Assembly (NCBI GenBank): GCA_964016885.1
Contig: OZ024744.1
Span: forward strand, 119,598,001 to 119,662,000
Direction: 5' to 3'
Source: Eledone cirrhosa
Taxonomy: Eukaryota
DNA: 64,000 nucleotides
Numbering within the stretch: the stretch's first letter is position 1; the number at the start of each line of letters is the position of its first letter. Below, piece by piece: positions 13,799 to 28,094 of the stretch. Under the pieces are notes generated by a model. It was given only the letters and a program-made list of their open reading frames with translations. It had not been told where the DNA came from and ran no database searches. The position numbers and the translations under genes were made by a program.

Positions 13799-16700
13799 GT
13801 AATAATAATAATAACGACAACAACAATAATAATATACATATTCATATATATATACACACACACGCACGCACATAAGCATATCTACACACACACACACGAT
13901 AGCAACTAACAGTGCTGCGATCGAATGTGGCATTTTAGCCCAGCCAATGATCTAAAATGTCTTGCACAGAGTCGGCAACCAAAACATTCACTGGGAATAG
14001 TCGGTTGTGGTTGGAGTTCGTGTACTTTTGCATGTCGCTTGAGCCCTCCTGCTGATTTACATTCTCTACCACATGTTTGGCAAGCATGACATCTCCAACA
14101 GCAGCCTGGTAGTCAACCACTGGTCTTACTTTATGACTGCGAAGATGACTTTCGAGTCCAGCTTTGCTTAGGCAGAGTCTCGCACAGACGCTGCATGTCA
14201 GCACCATAGGAGGACCCTCGCCGTCTGGAAGTGCAACAGCAATGCCCTTCCTCACATCCCGCTTTACTTTCTCGTGTGCGATTCGAGATGCCTCAAAGGC
14301 AACTTTTCCCTCATATACAGTCTTTCTCCATTTATTACGATCACCAGCAATATTTTCCCATGTATCAGCAGAGATGTTAGCGTCTTTCAGAGAGGCTTTC
14401 AAGGAATCCTTATACTTCTTTTTTGGTTATGTGGCGGTCGTTTTCCTTTAAGCAATTCTCCATAGAAGAGTTGTTTTGGTATTCTAGAATCCTTCATCCT
14501 GGCAAGGTGACCACTCCAACGGAGTTGTTGCTTAAGCACAAGAGCTTCTATACTGTCACACATAGAGCTTTCCAAAATCTCGACATCACTGATGTGGTCC
14601 CTCCAGTGAACGCCATGGATCCGTCTGAGACACATCTGATGGAAACGCTCCAATTGCTTAAGGTGGCGTCGATATGTGACCCAGGTCTCGCAGGCATAAA
14701 GAAGACAAGAGAGTACACATGCCCTGTACACCTTTACCTTTGTCCTCCTGCATATGTCTCGCCGACCCCAGAGTCGCCTTTCTAGCTTTCCGAAAGCATC
14801 ACTTGCTTTCCTAATCCTAAGTGAGATTTCACTGTCAAGGTTGCCGTATCGATTGACAGTGCTTCCCAGGTAGACAAACTGATCAACCACTCCAAGTCGT
14901 TTGCCATACACATAGATGTTTGGTTCAGTGTACTGCTTACTAGGGGCAGGTTGGTACATGACGACGGTTTTCTTGAGACTGACAGTCAAACCCAGGGCAG
15001 TGCAAGCGTCAGAAAATGCATTCAAAATGTGCTGCATATCACTCTCTGTGTGCGCTACAAGATCGCAATCATCTGCATACGAGAGGTCTCTTATGACTGA
15101 TGTAAATACTTTTGTCTTCGCAGCAAAGCGCCTGATGTTAAATATGCTGCCTGAGGTTCGATATCGGATGTAAACACCATGCTCGCAATTCCTGAATGCA
15201 ATACAGAAAACCATTGCAAAGTATATGGCAAACAGGGTCGGTGCTGGAATATCCCCCTGTTTCACTTCATTTTTTACTGAGATAGGCTCCGACATGTTAG
15301 CTCCGACATTAACCCAAGCCTTCATGTCGTCATGGAAAGACCTAACTGAAGCAAGGAACTTATCAGGGCAACCAAGTTTCTGGAGAACCTTCCATAATGC
15401 ACCTCTGTTGACAGTATCGAAAGCCTTTGTCAGATCGACAAAAACCTGATACAGATCCAAGCCTTGTTCAATGCACTTCTCCTGGAGCTGTCTAGCTGAG
15501 AAGATCATATCAGTAGTGCCGCGTCCAGCACGAAAACCAGATTGACTTTCAGGAAGGACACAATCTGCAATGTGTGTCAGCAGACGGTCCAGAAGCACCC
15601 TACATAAAACTTTCCCTACGACAGAAAGCAATGATATACCTCTGTAGTTCCCACAATCATTCCTGTTACCCTTTCCATTGTACAAGACCACCATTACTGC
15701 ATCTCTCCAGTCCTCAGGCACGGATTCATTAGCCCATATCCTTCCAAACAAAGAGTGAAGAGGTTGCAGGAGTCTCTCACCACCATATTGTAGGAGCTCA
15801 GCATGTATGCCATCCATACCTGGAGATCTTCCACTGTTCAGCTTCGAAATAGCCACTGCAACCTCCACAAGCGTCGGAGGTTCTGCGAGAGCTACTTTCA
15901 CAGGACTTTCCGGAATGAGATTGAGGAAATCTTCATTGACGACAGACGGCTGATTCAAAAGATCATCAAAGTGCTCTCGCCACCTTCGTAGAATTCCCTG
16001 TGAGTCACGAAGAAGTTCTTTGCTATCCTTGCTGCGAATCGGTGTCACCAGAGAAGAAGACGGTCCATAAACCTCACGCAAGAGACTGTACAACAGCTTT
16101 GTGTTATTGGAATCAGACGCAGTTTGTATCTCACCAGCCTTCTCACTCCACCACTCATCCTTCATCTGAGAAAGACTCCGCCTAACACGTGATTTTACAT
16201 CCCTGAGATCCTCATCCAACGTATTCCTCTCCTGTGGTTTTGCCGTCAAGTAGCGTGACAGAGCACGCCTCTTATCAGCCAACAAGTCTTCTGTATGTAC
16301 ATCATTCTCATTAAACCAGTCCTGATGTTTTCTCTGCACCAATCCCAGAACACGTCTGCCTACATCATAAACCTACTTTTTAAGGGTCGGCCAATCCTCA
16401 CCAAGATCTGCAGCCTGCATCTCTTCTTCCAATGTCCTCTTCACATTTTTATCCTTAAGACGAGCAGCATTCAATCTTTTGGGCAGGGTAACACCAGGAG
16501 CCCGGATTTTACGTTTGGTGATTAGATTCACTTTTGCGCGTACCAGGCGGTGGTCCGTCCAGCACTCAGCTCCACGAAGAACACGAACACACTGCACATC
16601 CTGTCTGTCACGCATCCTGACTAGGACGTAGTCCAAAAGATGCCATTCCTTAGATGCAGGATGCATCCATGTGGTCTTGAATTTGTTCTTTTGTTGGAAC

Positions 16701-17820
16701 ATGGTGTTGGTAACTCACAGATCCAGCTCCTCACACATCTGCAGCAAGAGCATACCATTGCTGTTACACTTTCCCACCCCATGCCTTCCGATTACATTCC
16801 ATGTGTTAAAATCCCTACCCACTCTAGCATTAAAGTCACCAAGCACGATGACTTTGTCTGCCTGAGGGATATTTCTTAGAACACCTTTCAAGGCATGGTA
16901 AAAGGACAGTTTTTCTTCATCGACAGAATTCATAGTTGGAGCATACACACTCACCAGGGTAGCATATCTTCCCTTGTCCAGCGGAACTCTCATGGACATA
17001 AGACGCTCACTAATCCCTACTGGGAATTCTTCTAATTTATTCACAAGTACAGTCTTAACAGCAAATCCTACCCCAGCCTCTCTTCTGGTTCCTTCATCTC
17101 TTCCTTTCCAGAAGAATGTATATTCTCCACAAAATTCCGTAAGATGACCATCTCCAGCTAACCTCGTCTCAGATAAAGCCACGATGTCAAGATCGTAACG
17201 TCGAAGCTCCTTTGCAACAAGAGCGGTCCTTCGTTCAGGACGCTCCAAAGAATCCCTGTCAAGCAGCGTCCGTACGTTCCAGCAGCCAAGACTAAATGCC
17301 CTGTTTGGCTCTATTACAATGGCACGATGACGGGCGGGCCCAGGTTGTGATAACTTGGGGCCCCTGCCCTTATTGCCAATTATCTTTTTTGTTCCAGAAC
17401 CTAAATTGGCAATTATCTCGTTTATATTGTTCTGGAACATCATTGAATTGGAAAAAAAAAAAAAAAAAAAAAAAAAATAATAATAATAATAGTAATAATA
17501 ATAATAATAATAATAGTACACTATTAATAATTATTAATGCACTCGTGCAATGCCTGTGCGTGACGAATATTTTTAAAGTGAGGAAAGACTGTGCACTGAG
17601 CCAATCCCACTCTCTGAGCGACAGTAGCTATAACCCGAAAAGAAGAAAAGATCAACATCATCGGTAACTACTGAGCCGCAGGTTTTATATTGGAGTTAAC
17701 CCAGTTTCCTGAGATGCCTTCTCCTAGAAGAATGCCCTGACAAGGGCTAGGGGTTCTTCACTCCCAGTGGTTTAACTGCGCGATCGGGCATCCAGCCCGA
17801 TTGTTTCTATGTCCCCGCGC
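13583..17820 (-). mobile_element. Near full-length RTE-clade LINE (APE + RT + three C-terminal C2H2 fingers), frameshifted
   Basis: CWNVRTL, LSETR, GDFNARVG, TDH (APE); NYRGISLL, QSGFR, FVDLTKAFD, YADD (RT); ORF pieces span 17450-13906; 5'UTR-like region 17540-17820; 3' tail 13583-13624. Confidence 0.9.
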
Positions 17821-17849
17821 AAAAAAAAAAAAAAAAAAAAAAAAATCAC

Positions 17850-20828
17850 TTATTGACACTTATACGTACGACATACACATACATATAAATATATGTATAC
17901 GCACATATATATAAAAAATAGACACACACACTTGCGTTGGTTCGAGGGGGAAGGTATGTGTTGGCGGTGGTGGTGTGTGCGACAGTATATTTACAGGGTC
18001 GAATTTAGCGTGTGGTCGTAGGTTAGGGTAGACAGAGGGAACATGGAGGAATAAGGTTGCGAGTGTGGGATGGTAGACTTATGGCGATGTGAGCTGTGGT
18101 GGTGGTGGCGATGGTGTGATATGATCGACATTATATTTACAGGATCAGATGTTACTATGGTTTGCAAGGTAAAACATGACAGAGAGGACAGATAGAGCAC
18201 AATGTTGCAAGGATGAGGGGTGTATGGCGATGTGATTTTTGGTGGGGGTGATGTATGCGGCATGCTATACAGAATACGGGCTTACAAATGGTTACATGCA
18301 ATACAATAAAATAAATTCACTGAGATGAGGGATGGTGAGACGGAGCAGAGGTGGTTATTATTATGGTGGGTCATGTTTAGTGTGCGGCCCTCCTCCGAAT
18401 GTTTGTGCGGAAAATGTGTTCATCCTGGTGTGTCTGCAATTGACAATTATGTCCGACCTATAGTTTATGGCAGATTTTAATTTAATTATTTCTGCCGCCT
18501 CAGCCAGGCATAACCTGCAGTGGTTTCTGTCACTGGGGAGTTGTGTCACGTGTCTTTTCACTGACCACGAGATCTGGGGTTCGATGTTCCAAATCGGCCA
18601 GTCTGGTTTGGGATCGTTTCAGCCTATGTTTAAAGGAGCTTCTATAGTTATACCAGCACTCCTTAAATGTAGTGGAGGTCGCACCTATATATGAGTACTC
18701 TTTATTGCCGGCTGTGACATCACACCGGTAAACAATGTTTTTAACGAGGCACTCCCCGTTTAGTGGGCATTCGGCCCGTTTTTTGCAGTTTCAGTTGGGT
18801 GTAACCGGTGTGGTGACACGTTGGCGGTTGGTGGCATGCGGTGTGGATCAGATATGTGGGTTGTTGTGTTGTGTTGTGTGTGTGGTTTCGTTCTGGGTTG
18901 TGGTGGTGGTTTGTTGTGGGGCAACCATGTGTTTTCGTATTTTTGTCCTATTAGTGTGTGCTATTGTGTGGCCTAGATTTGGTGCTGTGGAAAAAGAGAA
19001 TTTTACAGTGTGTCTATTGAAGAGCTTGTGGTATTTATGTGTGTGTGGAAAAGATTGTTCGAGAGCCCTGAAGAAGGTTCCCGGTATATTGGTGGCAACG
19101 TGTATAGAATACACGTTGTACCATGTGACAGGTCTACTTCGGGTTCTGCGGTGTTTAGTGAGGTTTTTGTGGTTGGGTGGTAGTTTGGGTGCGTTTTGGT
19201 CAGGCGTATGTGTCATAGTGGTTCCAAGTAATCTATTGGCATTATGTCTTTTGTCTCTAATTACTACGCAAACGTGTGCGATAGTCGGAGTCCTTATTGG
19301 GGTTGGAGAGTATGGCTTTATCTCCTTGATAGTTGTGTCTGACGCTGGCTGCCATGTCGGCTACAGAGGGTCTTAGGTTATTATTTGTCCTAGGTGTGGT
19401 GACTTCTTCTATGTTCGTTTCTAAGGGTCCAGTTATGCTTAGCGGCGTTACGGTTCTATTTGGGTCGATGTAAGAAACCTTCTCAATGTAACCAGCGGAG
19501 TTGTAGTATTCCGTGTGCTGGTTGAAGATATTTCTATTAGCCGACAGGGTGGACACTCTACTGGAGGCGCTTTTAACTATTGAGTTAATTATGCTCCTAG
19601 GGTGGTTGGAGTGTCTGTTGACGTATTTAAGATTTTCATTAGGTTTGTGGTATGGACGGTAGAGGCCTGAGTAATTCTAGGGTGACATCTAAAAAGTTTA
19701 CTGTCCTATTGTTAGGTTCAATTTCTACCGCTAATCCTTGGGTCTTAAAGATGTACCTAAGTCGTTTGTGTAGTCTATCTAATTGGCTATTATTGAGTAC
19801 ACAGGTCATTAGTAGGGCATCGTCACGGTATAAGCCACCGCCCAAGGAGGGGATCTCGTCTGTTAATATATTTAGGAGGTATATGCCTACTATATCTGTA
19901 ACCTGTGCGGAGTCAGTCGATCCCATGGTAATGTCGAAGCTATCTGGTCTATTCTGTCGCTCCCACAATCTACCGTCAAATTCTAGTAAAGTTTTCCTAG
20001 CTGTTAGTATGATGTCCACTTCCTTTCTAGTGAGGCTTGATCTGTTCATGGCTGAGATCAGTGCCTTGTTAAGGATGATTGGGGGTTTAGATGCGTAGTA
20101 GTTCGTAATGTACAACTGGACTAATCGAACATTCGACTTAGTTTCAATGCCACAAAACCAGTCGATTATCTCCTTTGTACAAGACCATAGGCTGAGTTTA
20201 GTTCTATTTCTAAGTTCAGGTTTAATTCGGGCAATGATTGATTTGCTAAGTCTACCTAGGTCCGATTTAGACGGGGCTATGAGCCTGACCGGTAGTTTTG
20301 ACTGGAAGTCCGGTTTATGGTCTTTAATAGATAGTCTCGGTGTCCTATGGTTGTAGGGATGAATCCTGTCGTCAATACTCAGTTCGGTCATTATTGTTTT
20401 CGCTTGTTTGTTTATGTGTGCTAGGTTTTCTCGTGTTGATGTTTTGTATATTTTAGCAATTTCGTTTGTAATGCATTTGGTGTAAGTTTTGTACTCCAAA
20501 TTGTATAAGTTTCCTGTTTTATCGGCTGGTACGATGATGCCAGGGCTATTCCTGGTCTTTTTTACAGTAGATGCGAGCCCAGACAGGAATGCACTTCTGT
20601 CAGGGTTTCGCGGTGGTTTCCTGAATCTAATGGTCCGGACCATGGTAATGATCCTGTCCTCAAACTCCTCTAGGAGTGGGTTGTGCGGTGGGTTTTTCGT
20701 CGATTTAAAATTTTTTTTTAGGTGGAATAGATTCCCTCCTTGAGCGGTGGCTTATACCGTGACGATGCCCTACTAATGACTCGTGGACTCAATAATAGCC
20801 AATTAGATAAGACTACACAAACGACTTA
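17850..20828 (-). mobile_element. Degenerate Naiad-type PLE (GC-richer subfamily) with short inverted segment 20741-20828
   Basis: PADKTGNLY, KDHKPDF..PVRLIAPSKSDLG, MGSTDSAQVTDIVG, GGLYRDD, CRLCLAE; 20741-20828 is the reverse complement of ~19757-19841. Confidence 0.88.
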
Positions 20829-20835
20829 TACATTT

Positions 20836-22178
20836 CTAGGGCGGGTAAAATTCCCGAGATCCATGGACGAGTTCTCTCCAGCGGTCTCTGTCCCTCATTA
20901 TCGCTGCCATGTCCTGCGTCTCCAACAGACCAGTGTCTGTCCTTAGGGCATCAACATACGTTAACCTTGGTTTTCCTCTTCCAGTGTGTCCATGTAGGGG
21001 CTCCCACAGGAGCACTGAGTGCAATGTCAACTCTGGATGTCGGTGAGCATGTCCAGCTAACCTCAGTCTCCTCTGTGTCACTTTTAAGTTGACTTTTGGG
21101 AGGCTCCCATACAGCTCTGAGTTTTTCATCCTCAGTGTATACTGATTAATGTTCAGAGCCATCCTCAGCATTCATCGTCCCAGTGCCAAAGAAGGGAGAT
21201 CTCTCTAACACCAACAACTACAGGGGCATCTCACTGACGTCACTTCTGGCAAAGATCCTCAACAGGATGTTTCTTAACAGGATCCAGCCTGAGATGGAGA
21301 AGAAGCTCAGGGGCAACCAGAACCGCTTCAGAGAGGGAAGATCAACCACCAGTCACATCCTGATGCTGAGGAGAATATTAGAGGGAGCTAGAGCAAAGTG
21401 CCTTCCTGCGGTCATGGTTTTCATTGACTTTAGGAAGGCCTTTGATTCTGTAGACCGTCACTGCCTGATGAAGATCTTACAGGCTTATGGAATCCCCAAG
21501 AAGATAGTGGACCTGATATCACTGCTCTACACCAACACCAAGACCCAAGTCATTACACCTGATGGGATGACAGAGTTCTTTGAGATATTGGCTGGAGTGC
21601 TCCAGGGAGATACATTGGCTCCCTACTTTTTTTTATCATCGTAGTGGACTATTGTATGCACCTTGCACTGGAGAAACACCAGGACTCTGGCTTTACTGTA
21701 ACACCGGCTCAGAGCAAGAGAGTTAAGGCGAAAAAGATATCAGATGCTGAATTTGCCGACGACATAGTTTTGGTGACAAATACAGTGAAGGAGGCAGAGG
21801 ATTTGATGCAGGAGGTTGAGACTGTGTCGATGAGTGTGGGGCTGAGAATGAATGAGACTAAAACAAAATATCTGGTAGAGAATGTTGAGAAGCCAGAGGG
21901 GATCACTAATGTAGGCGGGAAGCCACTAGAATTGGTTGAGGGCTTCCTGTATTTGGGAGCAAAGATTGGGAATACGGAAGGTGGTGTGGTTAAGAGGAAG
22001 AACAAAGCCTGGGCAGCGTGCCACAGATTGAGATCGGTGTGGAAGTCGGACCTTCGAAAAGACCTGAAAATCTGCCTCTTCGTTGCTGTAGTGGAGTCTG
22101 TGCTGCTGTACGGGTCTGATACTTGGACACTGACCAAGAAACTCACTCAGATGGTGGATGGGTGCTACACGAGAATGT
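20836..22178. mobile_element. RTE LINE insertion with internal inversion (3' end on - strand 20836-21172; RT on + strand 21173-22178)
   Basis: NYRGISL, FIDFRKAFD, GVLQGDTLAP, FADD on +; same 3' end as 7143-7407 on -. Confidence 0.9.
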
Positions 22179-22193
22179 ATATATATATATATA

Positions 22194-24057
22194 ACGGCGA
22201 TGAATTAGTTTTGCGAGGTTTTTGATATGAAATCGTGTGTCGAAACAAATATTGTTATACTTGGGGAGGGTCATATTTGTGTAATAATATTGCCAGAATT
22301 AATAACAGAAGAAACTCACTGTTTGGTTGGTTTTCGCTTCTGTGTCTTTTATATCGGTTAATTTAATTTATTCAGTCCTCAATGTTACCATTGACTGACC
22401 AACGGTAAAAAATACAGATACAATATAGACACAAACACATATATAGTCTAACAAAGTTCTTTCGTTGCACATCTGCAACATCGTCAGTGGTGCTATTATG
22501 TTTCCTCCCGTTGTATTGTACGCCATCTTTATTTAGTCTGTTTATTTATTTATTTATTATTTTTTTTCGTCTTCTCTGCGCATGCGTTTGCGTGTGTGTA
22601 TAGTGTTTGATGTGTGTTCGTGTTTGGGTGACTGTGTATTGGTTATTGTATTCTATCTTAGTTTACTAGTGTGTGTTTATGTGTTTGTTGTTATTGTGTT
22701 TGTGTATGTATTTATTTATTTATTTATACTTCTCTTAAGTCAGTATTGTTTGTTTGGGTGTTGTTATTCCATTCATTTTTTTCTGTTTAGCCTTGGCCTT
22801 CTAAGTTCTATTTCGCTGGCCTCTCTGGTTTGCCTATCTGCTGGGTCATTTCTATGTTTAGATATTATTCTAATTTCTATGTTGTCTATGTTACCGTCGT
22901 GTTGTTGTCTGGCATGTTCGTATAGTACTGAACCGTTTTTTCGTCCTTTTAGTTCCCCCCCCCCCAGTGTTGGTCTATCCTTTCACCTATGCTACGAGCT
23001 GTCTCGCCTATGTATGTTGTTGTCATGTTTCTGCAAGTACCCTCTGTACATCTTATGCTATAGACTACGTCTCTAGTTTTACAGTTTATCCGGGGGTTTA
23101 CTTTACTTATAATACATTTCCTATTAGTACAGTGGGTATTCTTAAAAGGGTAGGTTTTTCTGATCAGGGATTTTATGGTGGTTCCTGGCTTTTCTACCAC
23201 CTTAATCTTTAAGTGGGTCTTTCTCAATGCCTTTCTACACTGGTTAGCTAATTTCCCTCCAGGGGTAGCGTCCACAAACATGACACTCTGGTATCTCTGG
23301 TTGTCGTACCATGAGGGTCTTATACTTCTCCGTGGCTCCTTCGTATACTCTGATTCTGTCTCTTTGGTTGTAGCCAGAGAACTGCATGCGGTTGATGAAG
23401 TGTTGGATGTGTCTTTCCATTTCTGTTGGGTCGCACATGCGGGACACGTTCTTCATCACTCGTACCAAGTCTGCGATCAGAATATTAAACTTAGCACTAC
23501 TGGACATTGCTGAATTTTTGAGTATCAGGTATTTGGAGGCCATGGGTTTAGCATAATGTGAGTGGAGAATTTGGGCTCTCTCGTCTGTAGTGTTAATCCA
23601 GAGTTCCGTGTCTAATACAGGTAGTCTATTGTTAGGGTGTTTGGAAGGGTAGTCGATAGTTACAGTTATACTCTGGTGTATGGAATTAGCTATCTGCTGG
23701 ATGCTTTCCATTGTGCTACGTTCTAAATCAAACTTGTTAGTGCTCTCTAGTGAGGATGTTCTTATAACTATATTGATATCGTCTACGTAACGAGAGTACA
23801 TGATGAGGTCTATGGAGCTCTCATCAAGGAGATCTTTGAGTCTCCTTTCCCACCATATCATAAAAATGTTGGCAACGTCACCAGCTATGCTGACGCCAAT
23901 GGCTACTCCCTCATTTTGGGTGTAGATCTTCTCGTTGAATTTGAATATGTGGCCCTTTAGGGTAGTTTTGATACTAGTCCCTATTGCATGTGCGACAATT
24001 TTTCTTACCTGATCATTGTTTTGGGGAGTCCACCTTCCAATGGGAGTCTTTTTAGCC
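22194..24057 (-). mobile_element. 5'-truncated PLE of RYVDD type (Neptune/Poseidon-like) with pLTR and HHR-like motif at ~22450-22490
   Basis: YTQNEGVAIG, YSRYVDD, LPVLD, DVVYSIRC..YIGETAR; - strand CTGACGA t gttgca-gatg-tgcaac GAAA. Confidence 0.85.
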
Positions 24058-25780
24058 ATAGAATTTAATAACCAACTATGGACTAGGGCAGATAGAGATA
24101 ATAATTTCGACATAACTATGGGATCATCAGACTCAGCTCAGGTAACGGACCTTGTGGGCCTATTTATAATTAATTCGCTACATAGAAAAATACCAGGTGT
24201 AACCGGAGGATTATATAGTGATGACATGCTTTTACTTGTTGAAAATAATAGCTGTGAACTAAATAGAAAAAGAAAACAAATTATACAATTTTTTAATTAC
24301 CTTAATCTAAAAATAGAAATAGAGAATAACCATAGAATAGTCAATTTTCTGGATGTAACACTAAATCTCAACACATGTCTTCATTATCCATTTCACAAAC
24401 TAAATGAGAACTTGAATTATGTCAATTTTAACTCTAATCACCCCAGATCTGTTAAAAATACTATAGTGAACTCTGTTCAAGAACGAATTTCAAGAATTTC
24501 ATCTAATAAAAATATTTTTGATGAAAAAGCGCAGTATTACAATGAAGCGTTAGCTAGAGCAGGATATAGAGATAAAATTAAATACATCGATAATAATAAT
24601 AAGCAAACTAACCAAAATAATAACAATTTTAATTACGGTAACAACTTTAACAACTATAATAGAAAACATTACAATAATTCCAAAAGCCGAAAAAGAAATA
24701 GAACTAGAAATATATTATGGTTTGCCCCCCCCCCTTCTCACTAAATATTAAAACCCATATTGCTAAACTATTCTTTAATGCTCTTGACAAACGCTTCCCT
24801 AGAACACATAAATATCACTAAATTTTTAATAGACACACTATAAAATTAACTTACTCGTCCACCAAAAATTTAGCACAAAATATTAACAGAATTAATAATA
24901 GGAATTTAAAACCTAACCAAAATACCAATAATAACCCAAACAATATTCAATTAAATAACTGTAACTGTAGAAATAAATCTAACTGTCCGTTAAATAACAA
25001 CTGCTTAGCTAAAAATGTAGTGTACAATTGTAATGTTAAAACTAATTTAAATTCTTTCAACTATGTTGGTTCCACCTCGACAGAATTTAAACTTCGCTTC
25101 AATAATCATAAGAATTCTTTCACAGATCCAAACAAAAAATCCTCAACTTCGCTATCAAGCCTATTCTGGCAACTTAAACGAGATAATATTAAATATTCGA
25201 TGATTTGGAATATTGTCTCAAAAGGTACTCCTTTTAATTCCTCTTCAGAGAGTTGTGATCTTTGTGTAGAAGAAATATTCTTTATATTAAAGTCCAAAAA
25301 TTCCCTTAATTTAAGGAGCAATTTATTCAGTTGCTGCAGACATAGATTGAACTCAACGTTTAAATATAAATATAAATTTAAAATGTTGTATAATTAATTA
25401 AGAAATTTAGTTAATATATGAAACCTGACGATAAATCATTAGATTCCTTCACCTTTTTCATTTTAAACATTCTTCCTAAATATAAACAAGGATGTAATAA
25501 ACTACTCTAAAATGTATATGCTCCCAATGTATTAAATAAAATATACGTAAGATAAATTTCTATACTAAATATAAGGGTATCCGTAGAATCACTGGGTCTT
25601 CTAAATCTTTTAAATTATTTTAATTTTTTTATTTGTTTTGACTCTGATAGCTTCTAATAACTTTCATATGTCTACCCTTGCAATATCTTGTTTGAGATAT
25701 AGGTAGGATAAATTTCTATAATAAATATATAAAACATATTATTTTAACTTGAGATACTCTATAGTGTTTTAAAGATATTT
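24058..25780 (+). mobile_element. 5'-truncated Naiad-type PLE, frameshifted at ~24730
   Basis: Highly similar to 39785-41107; stop at ~24817; ORF ends 25397; 3' boundary approximate. Confidence 0.88.
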
Positions 25781-26079
25781 AATGCTTTGATATTTCTATA
25801 TTAATATATTGATATTTGATTATCTCTATACAAAGGCCATATGTGTGTATTAACATGCATATAAAAGTTTTATAGGGTCTATTTTTGTGTTTGTATGTAT
25901 GTCTGTATATATACATAATGATGCTGGAAGACTCACGCAGATATTTATTTATACATATGTATGTGTATATATGTGTGTGTGTATATGTTGATGTGTGTTG
26001 CAGATATGCATTATATATATATATACATACATACATATATATATATACATACATACATATATATACATATATATATATG

Positions 26080-26740
<661 letters not shown>

Positions 26741-26920
26741 GAGTTGCGACCGATAGATAGTAGTAGCAACTGGAAAGACCAACGAAAACATTGTTTCCTC
26801 GGTCCGATTTGACGAAAGTGGATCGATAAAAAAAAAATATATATATATAGTTACGTTATTCCAGGTTGAATCGGAGGTAACCACAGTAAGTAAGGTACTC
26901 AATACATAGCAGAGTATAAA

Positions 26921-27047
26921 AGTTTTAATATAGATGAGATTCTACAGGACTAGAACTGTTTCATTCTTTAGAAATCATCAGGATTCTTGATGATTTCTAA
27001 AGATTGAAACAGTTCTAGTCCTGTAGAATCTCATCTATATTAAAACT
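26921..27047. repeat. ~60-bp-arm palindrome containing back-to-back HHR core halves
   Basis: Arms are reverse complements; CTGATGA tttctaaagaat GAAA on -, tTGATGA...GAAA on +. Confidence 0.75.
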
Positions 27048-27058
27048 ATATATATATA

Positions 27059-27608
27059 TATAAAGAATTAGTATATCTACCAACATATATATACAGATGC
27101 ATACCTATGCTAGCAAATATATAGGTTTTGTCTTAGTAACTTTGTGGTTCAATGCAAGGGGATGCAGAACAATTATATGAAAAACGTAAAATAAGAAAAT
27201 TATAAAAATTAACTTACTTACTAAAATTTCACTCCAACTAATAAGTTTCCGAAAGGGAATAAACATGGTTCCCGAATGGAACACATGGAGAATGCCTTTC
27301 GTCATCAGGAAGTCAATTCTCAGCTAAGTTCCCAAGCGATGCGTGGACACAGGGAACTTATACAAAAATAATTCAGTGGATGGAAAAAATTCCAAGACAT
27401 TGAAAAAATCACTGCCTACTTGGTCGGTGGCAAATTCAAAAGAATCAATCACGTGACATCGAGGTTAATCAGTGAGGAGTGGGGTGTTAAGAAGATAGTA
27501 GCCGAACTATTACTATGAACTATAGTAGCAGTTTTGGCAAATTTTTGCTCAACAAAATAATTTGGAGTTAATTATAAAGAATTAGTATATCTACCAACAT
27601 ATATATAC
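27059..27608 (-). mobile_element. ~515-bp unit bounded by a ~35-bp direct repeat, with HHR at 27231-27313
   Basis: taaagaattagtatatctaccaacatatatatac at 27061 and 27575; - strand acttc CTGATGA cgaaagg...cctttcg GAAA ct-tatt-ag TT ggagt. Confidence 0.7.
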
Positions 27609-27633
27609 TAACATATATATATACGCATATATG

Positions 27634-27670
<37 letters not shown>

Positions 27671-27719
27671 GTATATATGTATATATATATATATGTATAT
27701 ATATATGTATATATGTATA

Positions 27720-27990
27720 TATCATCATCACCGTTTTACGCCCGTTCTTTCACGCTAGCATGGGTTAGACGGGTTGTCCTGTTGTGGGCAGTGTCTGCTC
27801 GGCTGACCTTGTCTTGCTCATACGGGAACTGATTCTGGCTTGATTTCTACAGCTGGATGCCCTTCCTAATACCAACCTCATTTACAGCGAGTGGTGGGTA
27901 CTTTTTCCGTGGCGCCTACACGTCTACTTTACAGTGTGGGCTGGGTGCTTTTTTGCCGTGGGACCTCCACGACCACTTTGCAGTGGGAGG
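27720..27990 (-). mobile_element. Short non-autonomous RTE-related element with (ATG)n tail
   Basis: ggatgcccttcctaa matches the 5' region of the LINE at ~34295; tail resembles the end of that LINE (~37340-37400). Confidence 0.6.
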
Positions 27991-27991
27991 G

Positions 27992-28028
<37 letters not shown>

Positions 28029-28094
28029 ATGTATATATGTATATATATATATATATGTTTATATGTATATATATATATATATATGTATATGTAT

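Noticed and set aside
17775-17820. GC-rich hairpin at the RTE 5' end as an HDV-like ribozyme
   Set aside because: A hairpin is present (atcgggc/gcccgat) but I could not build the nested double pseudoknot
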